This document shows positions 36,501 to 47,208 of a stretch of DNA of 64,000 nucleotides, one piece after another; position 1 is the first letter of the stretch; every line of letters starts with the position of its first letter. Origin of the DNA: Felis catus (Eukaryota); assembly GCF_018350175.1 (NCBI RefSeq), contig NC_058385.1, positions 82,708,001-82,772,000 on the forward strand, given 5' to 3'. A program made the translations under genes and the position numbers. The notes beneath the pieces were generated by a model. It did no database searches. It was not told the DNA's origin and was given only the letters and a program-made list of their open reading frames with translations.

Positions 36501-38177
36501 ACAGCACCTGCACGTCCTGTGGGAGAGCGGCAGCCAGTAAGGGGCCGGGCAGGCAGGGGTGGGGCGGGCGGAGCAGGCCGGCAGGGGGCCTCACCTTGAG
36601 CTGGCCCCGGAAGCCACGGCGGAAACCCTGCACGTAACGCCGGATGGTGGGGGTAAGGTAGGCGTCGGCACAGGCCGTGTGCCCCCGAGGCACGATGCGC
36701 ACCATGGGCATGGTGTCCGAGGACAGTGCCACGTGGGTGAAGCCCAGCTCCCGGGCCAGTGCGCCCACCTGCTGCTCATGCTGGGCCCACCTGTAACGAC
36801 GACCCCACGGCGCTTCGCCTCTTGCCCACGGCCTCCGGCCCACCGCCCAGAGCCCCGGCCGAGCCCCGCTCACGTGTAGGAGTGCATGAGCACCACGGCC
36901 AGGCTGCGGACACCTCGGGACAGGAGTGCCTCCAGCTTCCCACGCAGAGCCCCAAGGTCCACAGGCTGTCGCACCTCCAGCAGGTCCCCCGTGCGGCCTG
37001 CCAGGAGGCCCGTTACCATCCGTCAAAGGCCCACCCTGCTGCCCCCGTGCCCCCAGCCCTGAGGCACCCGCACCTTTGACAGGTGTCCCTGCACCTGGCT
37101 CCCCGCGATACAGCACCACGCGCTCGTCCACCTCCAGCACCTCTTCGTACAGCACCTCAGGCATGGGCACGGCCTGGGGACAGGCAGAGGCTCAGAGGAC
37201 ACCCAGGCCCGAGGGTCCTTGCTGGGGTCCTGCGCGGGTGGGGCAGTGCGGGCGAGGGGATGTGTCCCGGCAGTCCAGTCCATAGGCCCAGGAGACACAG
37301 ACGGGGCCAGCCCCAGCAAGGCCCCCCCACCCCCAAGGAGTGGCTCTCTGCCCCCAGGCACCTGAGTGCAGCCAACTGCCACCCCCGCAAGGGCAGCTCC
37401 CTGGAGGAGCCCAGCAGTAGGGGTGGGGGTAGGGGAGTGGGAGAGTGGAGGTGGCTCCTACCCCTCACCCCGAACAGTATGTCTTGGGGGTGCTCCACAC
37501 CCAGGATCCAGGACAGGGCATGGTGACAGACAGGAGCAAGACGTTGTGACCACTCTGAGGGCTTGGGGGACAGAGTGCCTGCTAGGAGTGTCTGGAACCT
37601 TCTCTCCGCCTATAAGCTGCTAGCCTGGGGCCAACACTGACCCTTCCAAGGGCTGCCTTCCCGAGGGGCCAAGGCATCCCTGGGAAACCATGAGCAGCTG
37701 CACGACGCAGCCACCAGCTGGAGTGGGTGCGCTCACCAGGTCAAAGAGGTCCTCTCGGGCCTGGGTGCCCACGTGCAGCAGGTCTCGGAAGCCACGCGTC
37801 ACCAGCAGCGCCACCCGCTCCCCCCGCCGCTCCAGCAACGCGTTGGTGGCCACCGTGGTGCCCATGCGGATGCTGGCAATGCGGCTGGTGTCCAGCGGCT
37901 GGTCCCGCGGCAACACCACGCCTCCTTCCTGGGAACCACAGGGTCCAGTGTCAGGCCCCGGTCCCAGGTCCCTCCCCAGCCCGCCCCTCTGCCCTGCCCT
38001 GGCCACCTGCTCCAGGATGCGGCGGATGCCCTCAGTAGGGGCGTCTGCATAGTTGGCGGGGTCCTCTGAGAGCAGCTTCAAGACCCTCACTTGCCCCCCG
38101 GGGCACTGGGCAAAGACATCTGTGAAGGTGCCTCCACGGTCGATGGCGAAATGGAAACGCCCCTCGGGGCTGCCCAT
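28905..38177 (-). CDS. OPLAH: 5-oxoprolinase (ATP-hydrolysing), 26 coding exons, 1288 aa
   Basis: Exons (minus): 38177-38007, 37928-37737, 37173-37074, 36997-36874, 36790-36595, 36516-36351, 36237-36099, 36003-35936, 35796-35531, 35393-35281, 35193-35023, 34835-34698, 34611-34473, 34352-34240, 34011-33860, 33195-33035, 32951-32850, 32767-32593, 31061-30877, 30751-30605, 30510-30376, 30235-30086, 29994-29837, 29755-29595, 29402-29305, 29051-28905 = 3867 nt. [20 protein letters not shown]...[10 protein letters not shown]; AATAAA (minus) at 28888-28883. Confidence 0.97.
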
Positions 38178-38349
38178 GGTGACAGGGCTGGAGTCCAGCA
38201 CTGACTCTTCAGCCGGCAGTCCTGGGAGAACTGGACGGAGACAGCAGATCAGGCGACAGGCCCGGGGGTCACCCGCGGCTTGGTAGCCTTGGGCAGAGCC
38301 GGGCTGAGGAGAGCAAGGTGGGGCGGGGGGGGGGGGGGGGGGGGTCGGA

Positions 38350-39250
38350 GGAGGCGCCCGGGGCCGAGCCCGGGGCTGCAGGCCCAGCTCAGAGCGCCGC
38401 CTGAGGCGCGGCCGCAGCCGGGCAGGTGGGGGCGCCAGACCTAACGCCCCCCGTTACCCTGTTCTCAGGGCCCCGGCTTGCGGCGCAAATCCCCGGACCC
38501 GCCAGAGGCGGAGGCGCCCCGGGGAGCCCACGGGCTGGTGGGTCTGGGCTCCTATAGCACGAGGAGGCACGGGGGCTGGGGGCAGGTGACTTCCCCAGTC
38601 GCTCGACCTTGGGGCCCAGGCCGAGTGGGACAGGGGGCACGGGGCGGGGCCTGCGCCGGGGAGGGGGCGGGGCTCGCGGCCGGGTTGGGGGCGGGGGCGG
38701 GGAGGCGGGGAGAAGCGGGGCGCTGGAGGGTCCGGGTGCGGGGCCCACCTGGCGGGTCGGCTCCCAGGCGCTCGCGGTCCGCTCGGGCCGCGCTCCCTCC
38801 CGGCCCTGCCCGCCGCACCCCCCCCTCCCCCCGCCCGGAAGCGGGGCCCGCCCCCCGCCCGACCGGTCCCGCCGCCCACGGCCCTCCGGGTTGCGTCAGG
38901 TTCGGCTCGCCGGGAGCCGCCTCCCTCCTCCGCCGGGAGCCACGCCGGGGGACCGCGGGGCGCGGGGCCGAGCTGGGCCAGGGGCGGCTCCGTGCTGGCG
39001 CGTCCCCGGCCGCCGGCCACCTCGGTTCAGCCGGCCACTCGAGGTGCCCCGGGGAAGGCGGAGCAGGCCACCCTCCGAAGAAGTAAGAGCCCAGACGAGC
39101 TCGGACTGCACCCTGGCGCGGGGCAGTCACGCCGTGAGGGACGGGGCTGGGGAGGGGGGTCGTGGAGGGGCCCCGGGCAAGGGCCCCTCCGTAGCCGTCA
39201 ACCCCGCTGCTGCCCGCCCAGGGCCGGCCTTGCCACAGCCCAGGCTGGGC
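38350..39250 (-). promoter_or_regulatory. OPLAH: OPLAH CpG-island promoter with probable non-coding exon 1 (donor after 38749)
   Basis: Very CpG-dense with GC boxes; donor ccgccag|gtgggc at 38749/38748; second candidate donor cagg|gtaacg at 38458/38457; exon 2 acceptor ttctcccag| at 38222. Confidence 0.7.
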
Positions 39251-40769
39251 GCCCCGGGACCCTCACAACATCAGGCCGATGTCCCCAGAAGCCATGGCCG
39301 GTGCCCTGACGATGAGGCGAAGCGTGCCCCACCCTGGCCTGTCTCCCCACAGGCAGAAGGTGTCCAGGCTCGGAGTGGACACCAACCGTGCAGGGCCTGG
39401 AGCAGACCGTTTAGAGCTCCCAGGGGGCAATAGTGGGGATGGGGCGAGGGGGGAGACCCAAGCAGAGGGAACAGCGGGTGAAGGGGGCTTCACCCAAGGT
39501 GCCAGGCCAGATGGCCAAACAGGCAGGGGCACCCACCCACGCGCCCCAGACTTCCCCCTCCCCTGGGAGCCTTGCTGGCGCTGGAGGCCTGCTTGGTCCC
39601 TGGAGGTGAGAGCGAGGTGGGGCCGCACCCCGGGGAAGCAGCGGGGGCTCCCTTCTGACCAGTGCCTCTGCAGCCTCTGTGCACGTGGTGGGGGGTGAGG
39701 GGTTTGGAAAGAACTGCACCAAGAAAGACACAAGAGACTCAGCGACTCAGGGCAGTGTCTGTAGCCTCCGACCCCAACTCACGCCTTCTGACGGTGGCCC
39801 GTGGCCTCTCCCACCAGCGCAGGCTCCGTCGGTCTCTCCCCACCTCCAGCCCTGCTTGGACCTAGGACTTAAGCTGCCCTGCGCGTGTGCCGCGGAGGAT
39901 GGGCTGTGACCGTGCCCAGATGACTGTGCCCCCGGCGGCAGGTGCCAGCCAAGGTACTGACCCCAGACCCCCACCCCCTTGACCTCCCTGTCACCTTCCC
40001 CATCCCTCACGTCCAGCCGGATGCCTAGACCATCACTGTGGCCACCGCACAGGAACTTCTACCCTCCCCGGCTCTGAGCTAACCACGAGATGGCGGTCGG
40101 CGGCCCCACTCCAGACAGGACCCCCGCCTGCAGCCCCCACCGTGTCTCCATTCACGCCTCCACAGCAGGTGCATCCAGCCCACTCTCCCCCATCACTGGG
40201 TGACTGTCCCACCTGCCCGTCTCCGCCAACTCCCCCACGTGGCGTTTTCGTCCTGATGCTCAGCTGAGAGTCCATCCGGAGAGGCTTCCAACAACCCAGC
40301 CACACCACCACCCCTGGGGTGCGTACTCAGCCAGGCTGCCTGTGGTCTCAGCCAGGCCTCCTCACTGCATCAGCCTGGCCGCCCCCACGCCCGTGTTCAG
40401 CCCACGGCTGGTGACCCTCAGCGCCCAACCGTGTCTTCTAGAGGCCCCGCCCCCACGCCCCTCCAGCGGCACCGCAAGCGCTCTGCTCCTCAGGGTGCAC
40501 GTCCGTGGAAAGGCCCCCTGCCACCTCCACTAGCCTCCAGGCTCACAAATCACATCAGGCAAGACCAGAGAAGCCCCCTGAGCCGCCCCAGTGCCCAGGC
40601 CTCTGGCCTCCCTGTGCGTCCACCCGTTCCCCACTTCTGTCTCTGGGAAGCCCCTTCTGCATGGGGTCCTGACCCGCCTCACCGACTCCCTCCTGCCAGC
40701 CTCCTTTACCGCATCTTCTTGACGCGTGTGTCCTGAGACGTTCCCCTCTGCTCTGCCCTGAACTGTGTC

Positions 40770-41050
40770 CTGCCTAACTTCCTGTACTGAAGCCTACCGG
40801 ACCTTAGGGGGGTGACAAAGTCATGAGGATGGGTCCCCATGATGGCATTAGTGCCCTTATAACAAGAGACGGAAGGGGTTGTCTCCAGAATGTGAGGACA
40901 CAGCCGGACAGTGGCCAACTCTCAGCCAGCAAGAGAGCCTCGCCAAGAACCGTGCCGGCGCCCTGATCTCCGACTTCCAGCCTCCAGAACTGTGGGAAGT
41001 GGATTGTTGAAGTCGTCAGCCTGTGGTGTTTTCATGGAGCAGCCCACACT
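40770..41050 (+). mobile_element. MaLR LTR, MLT1A-like
   Basis: gtcatgaggatgggtccccatgatggcattagtgcccttataa...gacttccagcctccagaactgtg. Confidence 0.75.
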
Positions 41051-41817
41051 CCCTGAACCGCCTCTCCAGAGACCATTGTCTGCCTGTTAACATCTCCGGG
41101 CCCTCAGAAGCAGGGATGGGACACTGTGCCAGGACTGACATGGCCCACACGCTCCCTGGCCACTTGTATCTCCCGGTGGATCTGCACAGCCAGAGGCTTC
41201 CGGGAAGCGTGGTGCCTGTCCCCATGAGAGCTGGGGTCCCCTCAGCCTGCCCGTGCCAGGGGGAGCGCCCCAGTTGCACTGCTCAAACCCTAGGAACTGC
41301 CTTCAAGTGCCACTTTCCCACCAGCACGCCCAACCCGCCCAAGTATATCCAGAGCCCCCGGCACTGTTCACTCCCCCTTCCAGCCAAGCCTGTGATTTCT
41401 CACCAGGAGAACGACCCCGACCTAGAAGACCCTCCTGGTCCTCATCTGCTCTCCACTCCACCAACGCTGGCCTCAGCACTGTGCCTCAACACGCTCGACC
41501 CGCTGCCACCTCAGGGCCTTTGCACGGACCATTCCCTCAGCTCTACCCCAGCCTTGTGGCCCCTTCACTTTGGTCCAGTCCTGCACCAATGTCACTTTCT
41601 CGGAGATGTTACTTTCTCCCCGCTGCCTTCCTAAAGAGGCCCCGGCCCCCGTATCACTCCTCAGCACCTTCCGCACCTGACGAGCCATCGCCCCACGGGA
41701 GCAGGGACCCCCCGCCCCCCCTGCCCCTGCCGCTTTCCCCTGTCTTGGCACAAGCTTGAACGAGTGAAGCCTCGTGGGCATCTGAGAAGAGCCCCCGCGG
41801 GCCCTGGCGCTCCTCAC

Positions 41818-42052
41818 CTCTTTCGGCATCCTTGAACTTGATGGTTCTGCGCCGGGGCAGCCGGGGGCTGGTGGCCACCTCGGCCAGGAGCCCGGAGCCA
41901 CAGAAGCCCAGGCCTCTGCCCCGGGTCTGGAGCACCAGCTTCAGCTCCTGGTTCTCCTGGATGAGCTGCACAAGCCGTCGCAACTCTTCGTTCTCCTGGG
42001 CCAGCCGCTGGATCTCCCGCCGCAGACCCTCGTAGCTGCTGAGGGGGGACAT
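41818..42052 (-). CDS. Speriolin N-terminal-domain paralogous exon; putative alternative coding first exon of OPLAH
   Basis: MSPLSSYEGLRREIQRLAQENEELRRLVQLIQENQELKLVLQTRGRGLG...RRRTIKFKDAER; ungapped 29/49 identity to SPATC1 exon 1; strong donor GAG|GTGAGG in phase 1, the same phase as SPATC1 exon 1. Confidence 0.8.
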
Positions 42053-42119
42053 GCCCGGCAGCAGGGGGGGGGGGCAGCTGCCAGCAGCTGTCGCCTGGCC
42101 AGGAGTAGCGGACCCCGTC

Positions 42120-42217
42120 ATTGTGAGGTCAGCGGCCGCCCCTGCCCCCGGGCCTCAGCCGCATTCCGGGGGTCAGAGCCAAGGCCCCTTGAGCAGGGCA
42201 CACCTGACCTCTGACCT
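42120..42217 (-). promoter_or_regulatory. Putative germ-cell promoter of the speriolin-like exon
   Basis: CTGACCTCACAAT at 42132-42120 (minus), identical to 2288-2300; perfect DR1 AGGTCAgAGGTCA at 42217-42205. Confidence 0.55.
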
Positions 42218-42844
42218 CTGGTCCCTGAGGGCCAAATGACTAGAGGAGCCCAGACCTGCCGAGAGCCTGGAGTCCTTCTGGGATGCCCCTCTTGGAGGAC
42301 AGAAGCTTCTTTATGCCAGCCTGACCTGACACGGAGGTGCTGCAGGGAGTGGGAGTAAAAGACCCAGGCCTCCCCATCCCCCGTCTGGCTACCCACTGGC
42401 CCCCAGCTGCAGCATCCCCCCCTGCCCGTGCCAGCTCACGGGGCTGGGCGACGGCTCGGTCCCCGAGGTGGTCACACAGCCAGCAGGACATCTCAAGGGG
42501 CCAGGACAGTGGCTGTTTGAGCTGCCCCGTGGGAGGGGCGCCTCTGGCCTAGAAATAGCAGGAGCTGCACAGCGAGGTGGGGGGGGGGTGGTGGGTCAGG
42601 GTCCGGGGGATGCGGCTAAGTCGGCAAGTGCATCAGGACGGGGCTGGAGGCACAGAGATGGGGCAGGGATGGCAGGGGGCAGCTGTGTCAGGTGGAGGGC
42701 AGGACGCCCGGAAAGTATGCTATACCCCACAGGCCCCACGGCACGCTCCCCCACCTGCAGACCCCAAGGCACGCCCCCGCCGCAGGGGAACCACCCCAAA
42801 GAGTAACCACCCAGGTTACATTTTAGAGCATATGAAGGACTTCC

Positions 42845-43076
42845 TTTTTTTTTTTTTTTTTAATTTTTTTTTTCAACGTTTATTTATTTTTGGGACAGAG
42901 AGAGACAGAGCATGAACGGGGGAGGGGCAGAGAGAGAGGGAGACACAGAATCGGAAACAGGCTGCAGGCTCTGAGCCATCAGCCCAGAGCCTGACGCGGG
43001 GCTCGAACTCACGGACCGCGAGATCGCGACCTGGCTGAAGTCGGACGCTTAACCGACTGCGCCACCCAGGCGCCCC
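42845..43076 (-). mobile_element. Young Can-SINE (SINEC_Fc-like) with TSD
   Basis: CpG-intact consensus; TSD aggacttcctt on both sides. Confidence 0.95.
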
Positions 43077-43519
43077 AGGACTTCCTTCTTTCATGCCATG
43101 TGCCCTCTACCGGCACAGCTCTCTGCCTCCGCTGTCGTTGTCTGTCCTTTCCTTGTATTATGATTGGCGTTTACTTCGCCATCATCTCCTGCCTGCTGAC
43201 CCCCTCAGCACAGTTGCCACTTGTAGACCCGAAGTCCTCCTGGGATTTGCACGCCCTTCCCCGGCTGCTTCAGTGTGGCCTGGCCAGCTCCGGGGGTCTT
43301 CACAGAGCAGACTGCGGGGGAGGCTGACAGCAGTGCCCCAGGGGACGGGGTGGGACCCGTGCTCAATCTCAAAGGAAATGGTGACAATTTTAATAGTTCC
43401 TATAACTAGGAAGTGTCCTGATTCTGACCATGATGGAGTAGAGTATTTCCGAAAGGACTAGACATCTTACCTCAAGGGCGTGACAGGCTCAGGGCAGTCG
43501 CGGCCGGGACTGGTCTGTG

Positions 43520-43785
43520 AGCAGAATACTAAGGCCCCCGAGGTCACGGGCCCTGCATAATCCCGGAATAAAATGGATTTTACCCCATGATTCGGTTATT
43601 TATGTGGCACAGCTGAGGAATAAAGGGAGATTACCTTGGATGAGACTCACTGAATCAGGTGGGTCCTTAAAAGAATAGGTCTCTTCCTGGTGAAGGAGAT
43701 TCCATGCCCGGGAGAGTCCCCACTGCTGAGGGGGCCCCATGGCAAGGAGTGCGGGTGGCCTCTAGGAGCTGGCATATCACAGTCA
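43520..43785 (+). mobile_element. MaLR LTR fragment, MLT1D-like
   Basis: gggagattaccttggat...gggtccttaaaag...gcaaggagtgcgggtggcctctaggagctgg. Confidence 0.55.
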
Positions 43786-44234
43786 CAACACTAAAAGACC
43801 AAGAGAAAACTTCCAAAGTCACAGGATTAAAATGACTCCTCACAGATGAAAACAACAATAAGATGAACACCCAACTCCCCATCAGAAACAACAGAGGCAG
43901 GAAACCAGCTGACATACTCCAAGTTCCGGAAAGAATGACTCAAGCAAGAATCCTAGATTCTGGAAAATGATCTTTTGGAAATTAAGGTAAAATAGAGACA
44001 GTCCAAGATAAACAAAGACAGAGAATTTGCTGCTAGAAGACCTATCTTACGAGGAATACTAAAGAAAGTTCTTCACAACATGGACACGTGGAAGATCCTG
44101 AAGTCATCTCCTTCCAAGGACACAACAAATTGACAACTACACGTGGAGAAATGTCTTCTGAAAAAGCCCTGGAAGCTGGATGAACAAAGCCTCCACAGCA
44201 AAGGATTAAATGGCAGCATTGAAACAGGTAGAGG

Positions 44235-47208
44235 AGGGGCACCTGGGTGGCTCAGTCGGTTAAGCATCTGACTCTTGATATTGGCTCAGGTCATGATCTC
44301 GCGGTTCTTGGGTTTGAGTCCCCTGTTGGGCTCTGTGCTGACAGCTCAGAGCCTAGAGCCTGCTTCAGATTCTGTGTCTCCCTCTCTCTCTCTGCCCCTT
44401 CCCTACTCACACTTTGTCTCTCTGTGTCTCTCAAAAATAAACATTGAAAAAAATGAAAAAAAGAAAAAAAACCTCACACACAGACTGACTCACCCCAGGA
44501 CCCAGTGCAAAAACACCAGCTTGAAAAGCACGTAGACCATATATGAATGAGACCCATTTACTAATCCTAATTTTTTTTTCAGAGAGGAAGGAACTTGTTT
44601 GTTGAGACTCTGTCCAGAGACAGAGCTACCACAGGCACCATTTTTGTGATCTGATTCTAACTCATTAGCACCAGAGAGCACAGATTGCTGAGGGTCCTGC
44701 CCACCCACCACCACCATGACCACTCCACAGCTGGGCCAGGTGAGAGCCCCACCCACCTCTAAGCCACAGTGTGACCCCACCATAGCAGGTGGGCTCCTGT
44801 CACTCACAGAGAGGTCGCTGCTTGAGCACCTGGCTCTGGTGGCCAGAGGGGATAGTGTTTCTGAATCCCACAGGACATCTTCTACACAAAACCATTCCTT
44901 CAAGACCGGGGAAGGCAGCTGATTTGCCTAATACATGGAAACAAATACAGAGAGTCAAGTCAAATGAGGAGACAGAGGAATATGTTCCCAGTGAGTGAAC
45001 AAAGCAAAACCTTATCTGTTAAATGAAACAGATAAGCAATCTGATTTCAAAGTAATGGTCACAAAGATGCTCAGCAAACTCAGGAGAAGAATGGGTGAGA
45101 CAGCGCAAACTTCAACACAAAGATAAAAAATACACTAAAGTACAAAAGAGAAGTCACAGAAAGAAGAATACAACAACTAAACTGAAAAATATCCTAGAGG
45201 GGCTCACAGAAGACTGTATGAAGCAGAAGAATGGAACAGTGAGCCGGAAGATAAAACAATGGAACCCAGACACAGCAGCAAAAAGAAAAAAAGATTTTTA
45301 AAAAGTGAAGATAACTTGAGGGAACTTTGGGACAACACCAAGCAAAATAACATTTGTGTTATGAGGATCCCAGAAGAAGAGAAAGACAGATCCAGGAAAC
45401 TTATCTGAAGAAATAAGAAATAATAATCTCAAACCTTCCCCAACCTGGGGAAGGAAACAGACATCCAGGCCTAGGAATCCCAGAAAGTTCCAAATAAGGG
45501 GAACCTGAAGAGATCCACACCAAGGCACACTATAATCAAAGTGGTAGAGGTTAAAGAGGGAATCTTAAAAGCAGCAAGAAAAAGCAACGTGTTACTTATA
45601 AGGGAAACCCCATAAGGCTCTCAGCAGATTTTTCAGCAGAAACATTGGAGGTCAGAAGGGAGTGACATGACATATTCAAAGTGCTGAAAGGAGAGAACGT
45701 CCAGCCAAGCATTCTCTCTCCAGCAAGGTTATCGTTCAGAATTGAAGGGACGAGTAAGAGTTTTTCAGATAAGGGGCACCTGGGTGGCTCAGTCGGTTAA
45801 GCATCAGACTCTTGATTTGGGCTCCGGTCGTGATCTCACAGTTTGTGAAATGGACACAAAGAGGCCAAAGCACATTGGCCTCTGAGCTGACAGCGTGGAG
45901 CCTGCTTGGGGTTCTCTCTGTTCCTCTCTCTCTCTGCCTCTCCCCACTTGTGCTCTCTCTCTCTCAAAATAAATAAACTTTAAGAAAAGAGTTTCCCAGA
46001 TAAGGAAAAACTAAGGGAGTTCATCACCACTAAACTGGACTTATGATAATCTTTTTCAGTTTATTTATTTATTTTGAGAGAAAGAGAGGGGGAGGGGGTG
46101 GAGAGAGAGAATCCCCAGCAGGCTCTGCACTGTCAGCACAGAGCCCGATATGGGGCTTGAACCCAGAACCATGAAATCATGACCTGAGTTGAAAACATGA
46201 GTCGGATGCTCAACTGACTGAGCCACCGTGAGCCCCTAGACGTATGATAAATGTTAAAGGGAGTGCTTAAAACTGAAAAGAAATAGCACTAATTAATAAT
46301 AAGAAAACATATGAAAGTAAAAATCTCACTGGAGATGTACATGTAGAGTAAAGATACTGGATCAATCACTTATAAAGCAAGTATGAAGGTTAAAAGACGA
46401 AAGTAATACGGAATAAAACTACAATAATTAGTTAAGGGATACAAAAAATAGAAAAGATGTAAAATGTGACATCAAAAATACAAAACATGGGGGCACCTGG
46501 CTGGTTCAGTCCATGGAGCATGTGACTCTTGATTTTGGGGTTGTAAATTCAAGCCCCATGTTGGGTATAGAGATTACTTAAAAATAAAACTTGGGGGCAC
46601 CTGGGTGGCTCAGCTGGTTGAGCATCCAAGTTCGGCTCAGGCCATGATCTCATGGTTTGTGGGTTTGAGCCCCACATCTGGCTTTTTCCTGACAGCACAG
46701 AGTCTGCTTTAGATTCTCTGTCTTCCTCTCTCTCTGCCCCTTCGCCGCTCACATGTTCTCTCTCTCTGTCTCTCAAAAATAAAAATAAACATTAAAAATG
46801 TTTAAAAATAGGGACACCTGGGTGGCAACTCTCAATCTTGGGGTTATAAGTTTGAGCCCCACATTGGGTATAGAGATTACTGAAAATCTTTTTTAAAAAT
46901 CAAACAACATGCAACTGAACAAACAATGGGTCATCAAATAAGTCAATGAAGATATAAAAAAAAAAAACACCTAGAGACAAATGAAAACAGAGATGTAACA
47001 TGTCAGGGGCACATGGGTGGCTCAGTCAGTTAAGCATCTGACTTCGGCTCAGGTCATCATCTCACATTTCGTGGGTTCAAGCCCCGCATTGGGCTCCATG
47101 CTGACAGTGTGCAGTCTGCTTGGGATTCTCTCTCCCTCTCTCTCTCTCTCTGCCCCTCCCTAACTCGCACTTTCTCTCTCTCTCAAAATAAATAAACTTG
47201 AAAAAAAA
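44235..47208. mobile_element. Cluster of Can-SINEs nested in the L1
   Basis: SINEs at about 44235-44470 (+), 45773-45985 (+), 46052-46236 (-), 46489-46590 (+), 46593-46808 (+), 46811-46890 (+), 47006-47208 (+). Confidence 0.88.

Noticed and set aside
39779-39830. Minus-strand peptide ...ALVGEATGHRQKA* resembling speriolin RLVGEIAF
   Set aside because: Only four residues match, a stop follows and there is no good acceptor; not a C-terminal exon for the paralogue.
46489-46590. tRNA-like A/B boxes
   Set aside because: Heads of tRNA-derived Can-SINEs, not tRNA genes.
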